Assembly (NCBI GenBank): GCA_964594035.1
Contig: CAZQLF010000002.1
Coordinates: 1-24,830, forward strand
Origin: an uncultured Rhodospirillaceae bacterium
Lineage (GTDB): Bacteria > Pseudomonadota > Alphaproteobacteria > Dongiales > Dongiaceae
Reading direction: 5' to 3'
DNA length: 24,830 nucleotides
Below are positions 16,377 through 24,830 of this stretch, piece after piece. A program made the position numbers and the translations under genes. The notes under the pieces are model-generated. The model saw nothing but the letters and a program-made list of their open reading frames with translations. It ran no database searches and was not told the DNA's origin. Every line of letters starts with the position of its first letter. Position 1 is the first letter of the stretch.

Positions 16377-19061
16377 ATGAGCCAGTGGGTCTATCGCTTC
16401 GGCGAGGGCAAGGCCGACGGGCGAGCGGACATGAAGAACCTGCTCGGCGGCAAGGGCGCCAACCTAGCCGAGATGTCCAATCTCGGGCTGCCGGTGCCGC
16501 CCGGCTTCACCATCACCACCGAGGTCTGCACGTTCTTCTATCAGAACGGCAAGACCTATCCCGCTGGGCTCGACGCTGATGTGAAGGCAGCGCTCTCCAC
16601 GATCGAAAGCCAGGTTGGCCGCAAGTTCGGCCAGTCTGATAATCCGCTGCTGGTCTCCGTGCGCTCCGGTGCGCGCGTCTCAATGCCCGGCATGATGGAT
16701 ACGGTTCTCAATCTCGGCCTCAACGACCAGACGGCCGCGGGGCTCGCGAAGCGGACCGGCAATCCGCGCTTTGCCTATGACAGCTATCGCCGCTTCATCC
16801 AGATGTATGGCCATGTGGTGCTGGGCGTCGACCATCACCACTTCGAGGAATTGCTCGAGCTGCACAAGGAAGACCGCGGTGTCAGCCTGGATACGGAGCT
16901 CGAGGCCGAGGATTGGCAGAAGCTGGTCGAAGCCTACAAGGCCAAGGTGAAGGAAGAGCTCGGCGAACCCTTCCCGCAGGATCCGATGAAGCAGCTGTGG
17001 GGCGCCATCGGTGCCGTCTTCGGCAGCTGGATGACGCCGCGCGCCATCACCTATCGCAAGCTGCACGACATCCCCGAAACCTGGGGCACAGCCGTCAATG
17101 TCCAGGCCATGGTCTTCGGCAATATGGGCGATGATTGCGCTACGGGCGTTGCCTTTACCCGCAATCCCTCCAACGGTACCAACGAGTTCTATGGCGAATT
17201 CCTGGTGAACGCCCAGGGCGAAGACGTGGTGGCGGGCATCCGCACGCCCCAGCACCTGACTCTCTCCGGCAAGAAGGCCAACCGCTCCACGCTGCCGGCC
17301 ATGGAAGAAGCCATGCCGGCTGTGTTCAAGGAGCTGGATGGCGTGCGCCGGCGCCTGGAATCGCACTACCGCGACATGCAGGATATCGAGTTCACGGTGG
17401 AGAGCGGCAAGCTCTACATGCTGCAGACTCGCTCCGGCAAGCGCACCGCCCAGGCGGCGCTCAAGATTGCCGTCGACATGGTGCGCGAGGGGCTGATCGA
17501 TCGCCGCCTGGCGGTGGCCCGCATCGATCCCGCGTCCCTCGACCAGCTGTTGCACCCCACCCTCGATCCAAAAGCACCGCGCAAGGTGATCGCGCGCGGC
17601 CTTCCTGCTTCGCCCGGTGCTGCCGCGGGCCATGCCGTCTTTACCGCCGACGAAGCCGAGGACCGTGGTTCCAAGGGTGAAAAGGTGATCCTTGTTCGCA
17701 CGGAGACCAGCCCGGAAGACATCCACGGCATGCATGCTGCCGTCGGCGTTCTGACCACGCGTGGGGGCATGACCAGCCACGCGGCGGTGGTGGCCCGCGG
17801 CATGGGCCGGCCTTGCGTCTCCGGCGCCGGCGATCTGCGCATCGACGAGACGCAGAAGGTGATCAAGGTGCGCGACGTGGTGGTCAAGGATGGCGATTTG
17901 CTGACCATCGATGGTGGCACCGGCGAAGTGATGCTGGGAGAAGTGCCTACTATCCAGCCGGAGCTTTCCGGCGATTTTTCCGAGCTCATGACCTGGGCCG
18001 ACCAGGTGCGTCGCATCAAGGTGCGCACCAACGCCGAGACGCCGCTCGATGCCCGCATGGCGCGGAAGTTCGGTGCCGAGGGCATCGGGCTCTGCCGCAC
18101 CGAGCATATGTTCTTCGATGCCGGCCGCATCGTCGCCATGCGCGAGATGATCGTGGCCGAGACCACCGAGGGCAGGCGTGCGGCACTGGCCAAGATCATG
18201 CCCATGCAGCGCGACGATTTCGTCGAGCTGTTCCGCATCATGCGCGGCCTGCCGGTGACGATCCGTCTGCTTGATCCGCCGCTGCACGAGTTCCTGCCCA
18301 ACAGCCGTCCGGAGATGGAGGAGGTGGCCAAGGCTGCCGGCATTCCGACCGACCAGGTGGCCCAGCGCGCCGCGATGCTGAAGGAATCGAACCCGATGCT
18401 GGGCCATCGCGGCTGCCGCCTCGGCATCACCTATCCCGAAGTCTATGAGATGCAGGTGCGCGCCATCTTCGAGGCAGCGACCCTGGTGAAGCAGGAAACC
18501 GGCGAGACGGTCGAAACCGAGATCATGATCCCGCTGGTTGCCATTCCCCGCGAACTTTCGATCCTCAAGGAAATGGTGGACCGTGTGGCGGGGGAAGTGG
18601 CCGCGGCGCGAAAGATGACGACGCCCTATCTCGTCGGCACCATGATCGAGCTGCCGCGCGCCTGTCTGATGGCCGACAAGATCGCTGCCGATGCGGCCTT
18701 CTTCAGCTTCGGCACCAACGATCTGACCCAAACGACCTATGGCCTCAGCCGTGACGATGCGGCGCGGTTCCTGCAGGATTATGAGCGGCGCGGCATCCTG
18801 CCCATCGATCCCTTCATCACGCTCGATCCCGATGGGGTGGGTGAGCTGGTGCACATCGCGGTGGAGAAGGGCCGCCGCCAGCGTCCCGATCTCAAGCTCG
18901 GTATCTGCGGCGAACATGGCGGCGATCCGGCCTCGGTGCGCTTCTGCGCGCGCGCCGGTCTCGACTATGTTTCCTGTTCGCCCTTCCGCGTACCCATTGC
19001 CCGTCTTGCGGCGGCCCAGGCGGCGCTCGCCGAGACCACCGCGGCGCATGCCACCGACTGA
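16377..19061 (+). CDS. ppdK: Pyruvate, phosphate dikinase
   Basis: LLGGKGANLAEM, LLVSVRSGAR, GGMTSHAAVVARG (phospho-His), GIGLCRTEHMF, SFGTNDLTQ. Confidence 0.98.
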   Translation: MSQWVYRFGEGKADGRADMKNLLGGKGANLAEMSNLGLPVPPGFTITTEVCTFFYQNGKTYPAGLDADVKAALSTIESQVGRKFGQSDNPLLVSVRSGARVSMPGMMDTVLNLGLNDQTAAGLAKRTGNPRFAYDSYRRFIQMYGHVVLGVDHHHFEELLELHKEDRGVSLDTELEAEDWQKLVEAYKAKVKEELGEPFPQDPMKQLWGAIGAVFGSWMTPRAITYRKLHDIPETWGTAVNVQAMVFGNMGDDCATGVAFTRNPSNGTNEFYGEFLVNAQGEDVVAGIRTPQHLTLSGKKANRSTLPAMEEAMPAVFKELDGVRRRLESHYRDMQDIEFTVESGKLYMLQTRSGKRTAQAALKIAVDMVREGLIDRRLAVARIDPASLDQLLHPTLDPKAPRKVIARGLPASPGAAAGHAVFTADEAEDRGSKGEKVILVRTETSPEDIHGMHAAVGVLTTRGGMTSHAAVVARGMGRPCVSGAGDLRIDETQKVIKVRDVVVKDGDLLTIDGGTGEVMLGEVPTIQPELSGDFSELMTWADQVRRIKVRTNAETPLDARMARKFGAEGIGLCRTEHMFFDAGRIVAMREMIVAETTEGRRAALAKIMPMQRDDFVELFRIMRGLPVTIRLLDPPLHEFLPNSRPEMEEVAKAAGIPTDQVAQRAAMLKESNPMLGHRGCRLGITYPEVYEMQVRAIFEAATLVKQETGETVETEIMIPLVAIPRELSILKEMVDRVAGEVAAARKMTTPYLVGTMIELPRACLMADKIAADAAFFSFGTNDLTQTTYGLSRDDAARFLQDYERRGILPIDPFITLDPDGVGELVHIAVEKGRRQRPDLKLGICGEHGGDPASVRFCARAGLDYVSCSPFRVPIARLAAAQAALAETTAAHATD

Positions 19062-19977
19062 GGCTGGCCTGGCGGCTCTGCAGCGTCTGAAGACGGGCGG
19101 CAAACCAGCCATCGCCGCCGCCCTTGCCGCCCTCGAACGCGCTCCCGAATCGCCCGAGAACCTTTCGCTGCTTGACGCCGCCTATGCCGCGGCCAGCGCC
19201 CATGTGATCGGGCTCACCGGCCCGCCGGGCGTGGGGAAATCGACCTTGGCCGGCGCGCTCATCCGCCTTTATCGCAAGTCTGGCCGCCGCGTGGCGGTGA
19301 TTGCCGTCGACCCCTCGTCGCGGCGTTCGGGCGGGGCACTGCTGGGCGATCGCACGCGCCTTGCCCATGATGCGCAAGATGAAGGCATCTTCGTTCGCTC
19401 TATGGCCGCGCGCGACCGGCTGGGCGGATTGGCGGAGCTGACTGTGGCGGCCATGGTGCTATTGCGCGCGCTCTACGACGTCGTGCTGCTTGAGACAGTC
19501 GGCGTCGGACAATCGGAAACCGATGTGGCCGACTGCGCCGATACTGTGGTCTTCTGCGTGCAACCCGGCGCCGGCGACAGCCTGCAATTCATGAAGGCGG
19601 GCATCGTTGAAATTCCCCATCTGGTCGTCGTTACCAAATCCGATATGGGCGAAGCCGCGGCACGCGCCCGCGCCGATGTCGAGGGCGCCCTCGAACTCGC
19701 CGATGGCGACGGCACGCCCGTCGAGGTGCTGGCGCTTTCGGCGACACGTGGCGAAGGTCTCGATGAGCTGCAGGCGGAGATCGATCGCCGCTGGGTCTGG
19801 CTGTCGGCGGAAGGGCGTCTGTCGCGCGTGCGCCAGGACCAGGCGCAGCGCTGGCTGATCGAGGGTGTGCGCCAGCGCTTCGGCCGCCGCGGACTTGAGC
19901 GGGCAGGCAGCGTGTCGCTGGCGACGGCGGAATCGCCCTTCGCCAGGCTTGCGCAGCTTTCGCGGCAACTGCACTGA
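19048..19977 (+). CDS. meaB: MeaB/ArgK-family GTPase (B12-mutase chaperone)
   Basis: GLTGPPGVGKST P-loop, IAVDPSS, GGALLGDRTR, ETVGVGQSE, GDSLQFMKAG, VVTKSD. ATG 19048 overlaps the ppdK end. Confidence 0.9.
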   Translation: MPPTEAGLAALQRLKTGGKPAIAAALAALERAPESPENLSLLDAAYAAASAHVIGLTGPPGVGKSTLAGALIRLYRKSGRRVAVIAVDPSSRRSGGALLGDRTRLAHDAQDEGIFVRSMAARDRLGGLAELTVAAMVLLRALYDVVLLETVGVGQSETDVADCADTVVFCVQPGAGDSLQFMKAGIVEIPHLVVVTKSDMGEAAARARADVEGALELADGDGTPVEVLALSATRGEGLDELQAEIDRRWVWLSAEGRLSRVRQDQAQRWLIEGVRQRFGRRGLERAGSVSLATAESPFARLAQLSRQLH

Positions 19978-20069
19978 ACGCGGGCGCGGCATCGAACACG
20001 CCTTCGCCGCAGGCGAGCAGGGCCGCCTTTGCCGTCATTGCCGCGTCCTATCTGCTCTCCGCCCTGGCG

Positions 20070-20939
20070 GTGAGGCTGTTGGCGCCGGTGTATTGGGGCG
20101 TGGTTCCCGACCTTCTTGCCCGTTTTCAAACACGCAAGCCGACCGAGAAATCGCAGGCATTCCTTCTGCAGGCGCGCGCGATCCTTGGAGCTGAAACCGA
20201 CAAGACCCTGCTTGCGCTCCACCGAACGAACGAAGGGGCGGTCCATCAGCGCATGATCATCGTCGCGGCGCATCGGCGCCGGGGCGGCTGGAATCCTGAA
20301 ATCGTGCTCACCGGGCGCGAACGGCTGGATCGGGCGCACGCAAAGGGCCGTGGCGTCATCTTGTGGTCCGATTCTTTTGCGCACGCGGCCGTCATCGGAA
20401 AACGCGCCCTGGCTGAGGCAGGCTTTCGCTGCTGGCATCTCAGCACCAGCGGGCACGGCATCCTGAATTCGCCCCTGGCGAACAGGTATCTCAATCCGCG
20501 GGTGATCGAGGCTGAGCTGCGCTATCTCGCCGGGCGCATCGTCTTCGAGCGCAGCGCTCCGACGGCGGCAGTCCGCCGGATGATAAAGGTTTTGTCCGAA
20601 AACGGTCTTGTTTCGCTTACCAACAATGCCTTCGCCGGCAAAGGGCTTGCCACACCTTTTGGCAAGGGTGCGGAGTTGCTTTTGGCGCAGACGCCGCTGC
20701 GCCTCGCCGCAATCCAGCGCGTGCCGCTATTGCCGTTCCAGATGATTGAACGTGATCGCTTCCACCGTTACGAGGTGATCCTGGGGCCCGATCTCAGCGA
20801 GACGCCGCGCGCCGACTCTGCCGATGCGCTGCAGGCGGTCGCATCGGCCTATGCGGCTTACCTGATTGAACGCGTGCAAGCACATCCGGAGCAGTTCTCT
20901 GGTTGGCCAATGGTGCGGCTGCTGGATCAGGACAGTTAG
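20070..20939 (+). CDS. Lipid A/lysophospholipid acyltransferase-like protein, divergent (N-terminus may extend to about 19974)
   Basis: GRERLDRAHAKGRGVILW block and C-terminal RVPLLP...RYEVILGP...P(E)QF-GW pattern of the LpxL-like family. Catalytic motif not evident. Confidence 0.6.
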   Translation: MRLLAPVYWGVVPDLLARFQTRKPTEKSQAFLLQARAILGAETDKTLLALHRTNEGAVHQRMIIVAAHRRRGGWNPEIVLTGRERLDRAHAKGRGVILWSDSFAHAAVIGKRALAEAGFRCWHLSTSGHGILNSPLANRYLNPRVIEAELRYLAGRIVFERSAPTAAVRRMIKVLSENGLVSLTNNAFAGKGLATPFGKGAELLLAQTPLRLAAIQRVPLLPFQMIERDRFHRYEVILGPDLSETPRADSADALQAVASAYAAYLIERVQAHPEQFSGWPMVRLLDQDS

Positions 20940-22018
20940 GCAGGGCGATACTTCGCCATCGCCTGTTTCAACCTGTCGTGCGGCAGTTCGTAGAGCGTGT
21001 GGCCCTGGAACCCGGACATGGTTTCCGCGGCCGTCAGCGCGTTGATGATCGCTTCTTCCGTCGCTTCTGCCGCTGCACGGAACAGCAGCGTCATCCGCTC
21101 GGCACCAAGCATGCGCACGTCGACATGCTGGGCATCGCGCGGAACGCTGTTTCCTGTGGCAAAGGCGAGGAAGATATCGCCACTGCCGTTGGCGCCGATG
21201 CCACCGGCCCAGCCGAGGCCCGTGGTGGCGCGGCGCGCCAAGCGCTGGCACTGGATCGGCAGCAGCGGTGCGTCAGTTGCCAGGATGACGATGATCGAAC
21301 CTTCCGTTGCTGTTGGCGCTGCCTGGAACGGCTCGGGATGGCCCGGCACAACAGGGTGATTAATCCCGCGGGCTACCGGGACCCCATCCACCCGCAGCAG
21401 ATCGCGCGCCCCGTAATTGGCTTGGACGAGCACGCCGACGGTAAAGCGGTCGCCACCTTCCGTGGCAATGCGGCTTGCCGTGCCGATGCCGCCCTTGAAT
21501 TCATGGCAGATCATGCCGGTGCCGCCGCCGACATTGCCTTCCTCGACCGGGCCGCCTTTGGCTTTTTCAAGCGCCTCATGGGCCATGGCTTCGGTGACGG
21601 GAAACGTCTCGGCATCGGAGAGCCAGCCGTCATGGGTCTCGGCCACCACTGGCAGGTGGAAGGCCTGCTTGATGCCTTTCTTCGCGGCATAACTGCAGAT
21701 GGCGTCGCGCACCACGCCCACACAATGGGTGCAGGTGATGCCGATGGGAGCGGAGAGCAGGCCCTGCTCGGCGAGCCAGATGGTGCCGGTCATCTCGCCA
21801 TTGCCGTTGAAGCTGTGAAATCCGGCAAAGCAGTAGTCGGTAAAGATGTTGCGATGGGGCCAGATCATCGTGACGCCGGTGCGCACCACCGCCGGCTTGT
21901 CGCGGATCAAGGTCGAATGGCCTACTTCGATGCCGGCCACGTCGGTGATGGCGTTCAACGGGCCGGTGGGCAAACGGCCAAGCTTGATCCCAAGGTCGCG
22001 CAGCCTGGCTCGTCCCAT
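20936..22018 (-). CDS. dmpA: P1-family (DmpA-like) L-aminopeptidase/D-esterase
   Basis: RLRDLGI, NAITDVAG, EEGNVGGGTGM, VQANYG, EG|SIIVILATDAP autocleavage site, GSGDIFLAF. Confidence 0.9.
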   Translation of the reverse strand: MGRARLRDLGIKLGRLPTGPLNAITDVAGIEVGHSTLIRDKPAVVRTGVTMIWPHRNIFTDYCFAGFHSFNGNGEMTGTIWLAEQGLLSAPIGITCTHCVGVVRDAICSYAAKKGIKQAFHLPVVAETHDGWLSDAETFPVTEAMAHEALEKAKGGPVEEGNVGGGTGMICHEFKGGIGTASRIATEGGDRFTVGVLVQANYGARDLLRVDGVPVARGINHPVVPGHPEPFQAAPTATEGSIIVILATDAPLLPIQCQRLARRATTGLGWAGGIGANGSGDIFLAFATGNSVPRDAQHVDVRMLGAERMTLLFRAAAEATEEAIINALTAAETMSGFQGHTLYELPHDRLKQAMAKYRPA

Positions 22019-22040
22019 GGCCTGAATCCTACATTCGGGG

Positions 22041-22889
22041 TTAGAACTTCGCCCAGTCGGGCTTGACGGGCGTCAGCCGGGAGGCGCCACTGATGAGGAC
22101 GCCCTGGCCGAGTGCCTCGAGGCGCACGAGGGCCAGACCCACATCGCCACTGGCGCTGCGCATTTCGCCGGCTTCCTTGTCGCCCAGCAGCAGTGGTGCT
22201 CCGAACTCCGGCACCGGTCCTTCGATTGCGACCGGCATCAGCCGCTTGCGCACCAGGCCGCGATAGCGCGTGCGTGCCGTCAACTCCTGGCCCATATAGC
22301 AGCCCTTGTCCCAGTCGATGGCATTCAGCTCGTCGAAGCCGTTCTCCAGCAGGATCGCCTTTTCGACCGGCAGGTCGCGGCTGCCATCGGGCACGCCAAG
22401 CGACATGCGCAACCGGTCGTAATCCTCGGCGCTTCCCGTCTCGGCCGGCAGTGAAGCGGCTGGCAGATAGGCGCGCGCGCCGAGCGTGGCCAGCCGCGGA
22501 TCGACGAAAGCGACTCCGCCGTGTTCGGCGCGCGCCTGACCGGCTTCGGGGGGAAGATGAAGCGTGCCCAGCGCATCATCGCCGAAATAGAGCCCGACCG
22601 AGAGCGCGTTCTCCTCGGCCAGCGCCACCTTTGAGCGCAGCTTGTAGAGTGTCAGGCGGCGCAACAGATCGGCACGCCGGGCGGCCTCGCATTCGATCAC
22701 CAGACGCTCGCCATCGACGGCGATGAAGATGTCGTGAAGATATTTGCCCTGCGCCGTGAGGAAGGCAGCGTAGATGGCCCGCGTCGGCGTGGCTTTGGCG
22801 ACGTCGTTCGATACCAGCCCCTGCAGGAAGGCCTGGCGGTCCTCGCCGGTGAGCGAGATCAAGGCGCGGTCGCGGGCAATCAGGAACAT
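22041..22889 (-). CDS. ygfZ: YgfZ/GcvT-family folate-binding protein
   Basis: GEDRQAFLQGLVSND, FLTAQGKYL and KGCYMGQE signature. Start refined to ATG 22889. Confidence 0.93.
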   Translation of the reverse strand: MFLIARDRALISLTGEDRQAFLQGLVSNDVAKATPTRAIYAAFLTAQGKYLHDIFIAVDGERLVIECEAARRADLLRRLTLYKLRSKVALAEENALSVGLYFGDDALGTLHLPPEAGQARAEHGGVAFVDPRLATLGARAYLPAASLPAETGSAEDYDRLRMSLGVPDGSRDLPVEKAILLENGFDELNAIDWDKGCYMGQELTARTRYRGLVRKRLMPVAIEGPVPEFGAPLLLGDKEAGEMRSASGDVGLALVRLEALGQGVLISGASRLTPVKPDWAKF

Positions 22890-23066
22890 GGGCTCATTCC
22901 GGTTCGTAGCTGTCGCTTCCTCACATGGGCGCGCCATGCCACTTCTTCCAGACCAGATTGCCGCGCACGCCAGGGCGAGGCAAGCGGGCTTGCCGGCCGT
23001 ACGCTACCGGAGACACACAAGCCCTCGATCTTGCCAGCCGTACACTAAATGTCGACACTCCGCGCC

Positions 23067-24137
23067 ATGACAATCCAGCGGATCGGAATCCTCACCAGCG
23101 GCGGCGATTGTGCGGGCCTCAATCCAGCGATTCGCGCTGTCGTCCATCGCGCCGTGCTGGGCTATGGCTGGCAAGTGGTCGGAATTCGCAACGGCACCGC
23201 TGGCTTGCTGACGCGGCCGATCGAATGGGTTGCGCTGACGCCGAGCGAGACAGATGTCGAACTGCTACGCCGCGGCGGCACGATCCTCGGCAGCACCAAC
23301 AAGGGCGATCCCTTCGCCTATCCGATGCCCGATGGCCGCGTGGTCGACCGCAGCAATGAAGTCATCGAGGGCTATAACCAGCTGCGCCTCGATGCCCTGA
23401 TCGTCGCCGGCGGCGATGGCTCGCTGCACATCCTGCGCAAGCTCGCCCAGCAGGGCGGGATTCCGTTGGTCGCCATCCCCAAGACCATCGACAACGATCT
23501 GGGGCTGACCGAGGTTTCCATCGGCCATGCGACGGCGCTGTCGGCGGCGACCAACGCGCTGGATCATTTACAGCCCACGGCAGCGAGCCACAGCCGGGTG
23601 ATGGTGCTGGAGGTGATGGGCCGCGACGCTGGCCATATCGCGCTTTCGGCGGGGATAGCCGGCGGCGCCGATGTGATTTTAATCCCGGAAATCCCCTACA
23701 GTTTTTCCAGTATCACGGCGCGTATCGACGCACTGAAGGCTCACGGGCGCAACTTCGCCCTCGTCATCGTCGCCGAGGCGGTGAAGCGCGATCCCGACGA
23801 TCCACAGGAAGGCGCCGTCCATGGCAGCATTGGCCACTACATCGCCGCGCGCATCGGTGCGCTGACCGGTGCCGAGACGCGGGTCACCGTGCTGGGTCAT
23901 ATCCAGCGCGGCGGCACGCCCAATGCGCGCGATCGCATCATGGCCTCGGCCTTTGGCGTGCGCGCTGTCGACCTCATCGCGCAGGGCAAGTTCGATCGCA
24001 TGGTCGCCTGGCAAGCGCGCGGCGTGGAGGACGTGCCGATCCTGGAAGCGATCCGCCATTACCAGGCAGTGGACCCGCAAGGGACACTGGCCCACACCGC
24101 GCGGGGTCTCGGCATTTGTCTCGGCGAGGCCGCATGA
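23067..24137 (+). CDS. pfkA: 6-phosphofructokinase (PfkA family, probably ATP-dependent); start 23067 or 23049
   Basis: ILTSGGDCAGLN, GGTILGS, GGDGS, PKTIDND, EVMGRDAG, TVLGHIQRGG. Confidence 0.92.
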   Translation: MTIQRIGILTSGGDCAGLNPAIRAVVHRAVLGYGWQVVGIRNGTAGLLTRPIEWVALTPSETDVELLRRGGTILGSTNKGDPFAYPMPDGRVVDRSNEVIEGYNQLRLDALIVAGGDGSLHILRKLAQQGGIPLVAIPKTIDNDLGLTEVSIGHATALSAATNALDHLQPTAASHSRVMVLEVMGRDAGHIALSAGIAGGADVILIPEIPYSFSSITARIDALKAHGRNFALVIVAEAVKRDPDDPQEGAVHGSIGHYIAARIGALTGAETRVTVLGHIQRGGTPNARDRIMASAFGVRAVDLIAQGKFDRMVAWQARGVEDVPILEAIRHYQAVDPQGTLAHTARGLGICLGEAA

Positions 24138-24598
24138 ATTTCTGGAACTTTTCGCTGCAGCTCTATGGCAAGCCCGGGGTAGGTCAGGCCTGCATTGCGC
24201 TCCAGGACGGGCTAGGCCTCGATGTCAACCTGCTGCTGTTTTGCTGCTGGCATGGCCGCGAGAACCGCGCGCTCTCCGAACAGGATATCCGCCGGGCGAT
24301 GGCGGCGGCAGAGGCCTGGCAGCGCGAGGTGGTGCAGCCACTACGCGCCGTGCGCCGCCGGCTGAAGGCTGGCGTGGCGCCCGTCCCGGCGCTGGAAAGC
24401 GAGGCGCTGCGCCGCAAAGTCAACGATCTGGAGCTTGAGGGCGAGCGGATTGCCCAGGCAACCCTTGAAGCGCTGCCGGCCCCCGCGGCCGGGCGGCGCT
24501 CCGCGGCGCAAGCCAACCTGGCGCTTTATCTCACGATCATGGGACGTGATCCGGCCCGGGCGCCGGAGCTCCAGACACTGAGCGAAGCCTGCGGTTAG
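24134..24598 (+). CDS. TIGR02444-like conserved hypothetical protein
   Basis: [23 protein letters not shown]...[10 protein letters not shown]...[14 protein letters not shown]...ELEGE pattern. ATGA overlap with pfkA. Confidence 0.8.
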   Translation: MNFWNFSLQLYGKPGVGQACIALQDGLGLDVNLLLFCCWHGRENRALSEQDIRRAMAAAEAWQREVVQPLRAVRRRLKAGVAPVPALESEALRRKVNDLELEGERIAQATLEALPAPAAGRRSAAQANLALYLTIMGRDPARAPELQTLSEACG

Positions 24599-24830
24599 CC
24601 CGCGCCCCAGCGCTTGACCCGGCCGGTATCGATGCCGAAGAGGTCGAGGACGCGGCCGATGCTGTGGTCGACCATCTCCTCCAGGTTCTTGGGCCGGGCG
24701 TAAAAGGCCGGCACGGGCGGGGCGACGATCGCGCCCATCTCCGACAGAGAAAGCATGTTGCGCAGATGACCGCTATGCAGCGGCGTCTCGCGCAGCATCA
24801 GCACGAGTCGGCGGCGTTCCTTCAGCGTCA
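24595..24830 (-). CDS. ubiX: Flavin prenyltransferase UbiX, C-terminal part (5' end outside the window)
   Basis: [17 protein letters not shown]...PPVPAFY...[10 protein letters not shown] motifs. Confidence 0.93.
   Translation of the reverse strand, partial: TLKERRRLVLMLRETPLHSGHLRNMLSLSEMGAIVAPPVPAFYARPKNLEEMVDHSIGRVLDLFGIDTGRVKRWGAG

Noticed and set aside
16680-19112. 810-aa antisense ORF over ppdK, and similar long antisense ORFs (846-1871, 1917-2942, 9204-9770, 10389-11798, 14255-15265)
   Set aside because: Mirror-frame shadow ORFs expected from high GC3 codon usage. They have no recognisable motifs and overlap well-supported genes.
22979-22994. GGCAAG-CGGG-CTTGCC hairpin and a short ORF in the ygfZ-pfkA intergenic region
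   Set aside because: A 6-bp stem is expected by chance at this GC content, and the ORF lacks an RBS and coding-like composition.

Overview
GC-rich alphaproteobacterial chromosomal window (probably Rhodospirillales-like; inferred from gene content and synteny). Left: a GcvA-type LysR regulator divergent from an unannotated 54-aa ORF and a serine-cycle core operon (sgaA-mtkA-mtkB-ppc). Middle: an EamA transporter, a 38-bp palindrome, then the most unusual element, two small genes (8119-8987, minus strand) just downstream of tRNA-Pro(CGG). They encode four tandem copies of a nearly invariant twin-arginine leader-like motif (RRAxLRRLGRFAAxTPPAxTLLL...AxA), each followed by a variable Ser/Pro-rich core and a conserved SSRxxK follower, with in-frame SD+GTG restarts inside two linkers. 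This looks like a multi-unit secreted-peptide or RiPP-precursor array with no maturase in the window. The rest is mostly conserved housekeeping: polyprenyl synthase, DUF2007, adenine-N6 methyltransferase, GT9, a frameshifted GNAT, a small Cys4 membrane protein, glyQS-ppdK-meaB, a divergent acyltransferase-like gene, dmpA, ygfZ, pfkA, a TIGR02444-like gene and partial ubiX. All calls come from reading the sequence; no searches were run.
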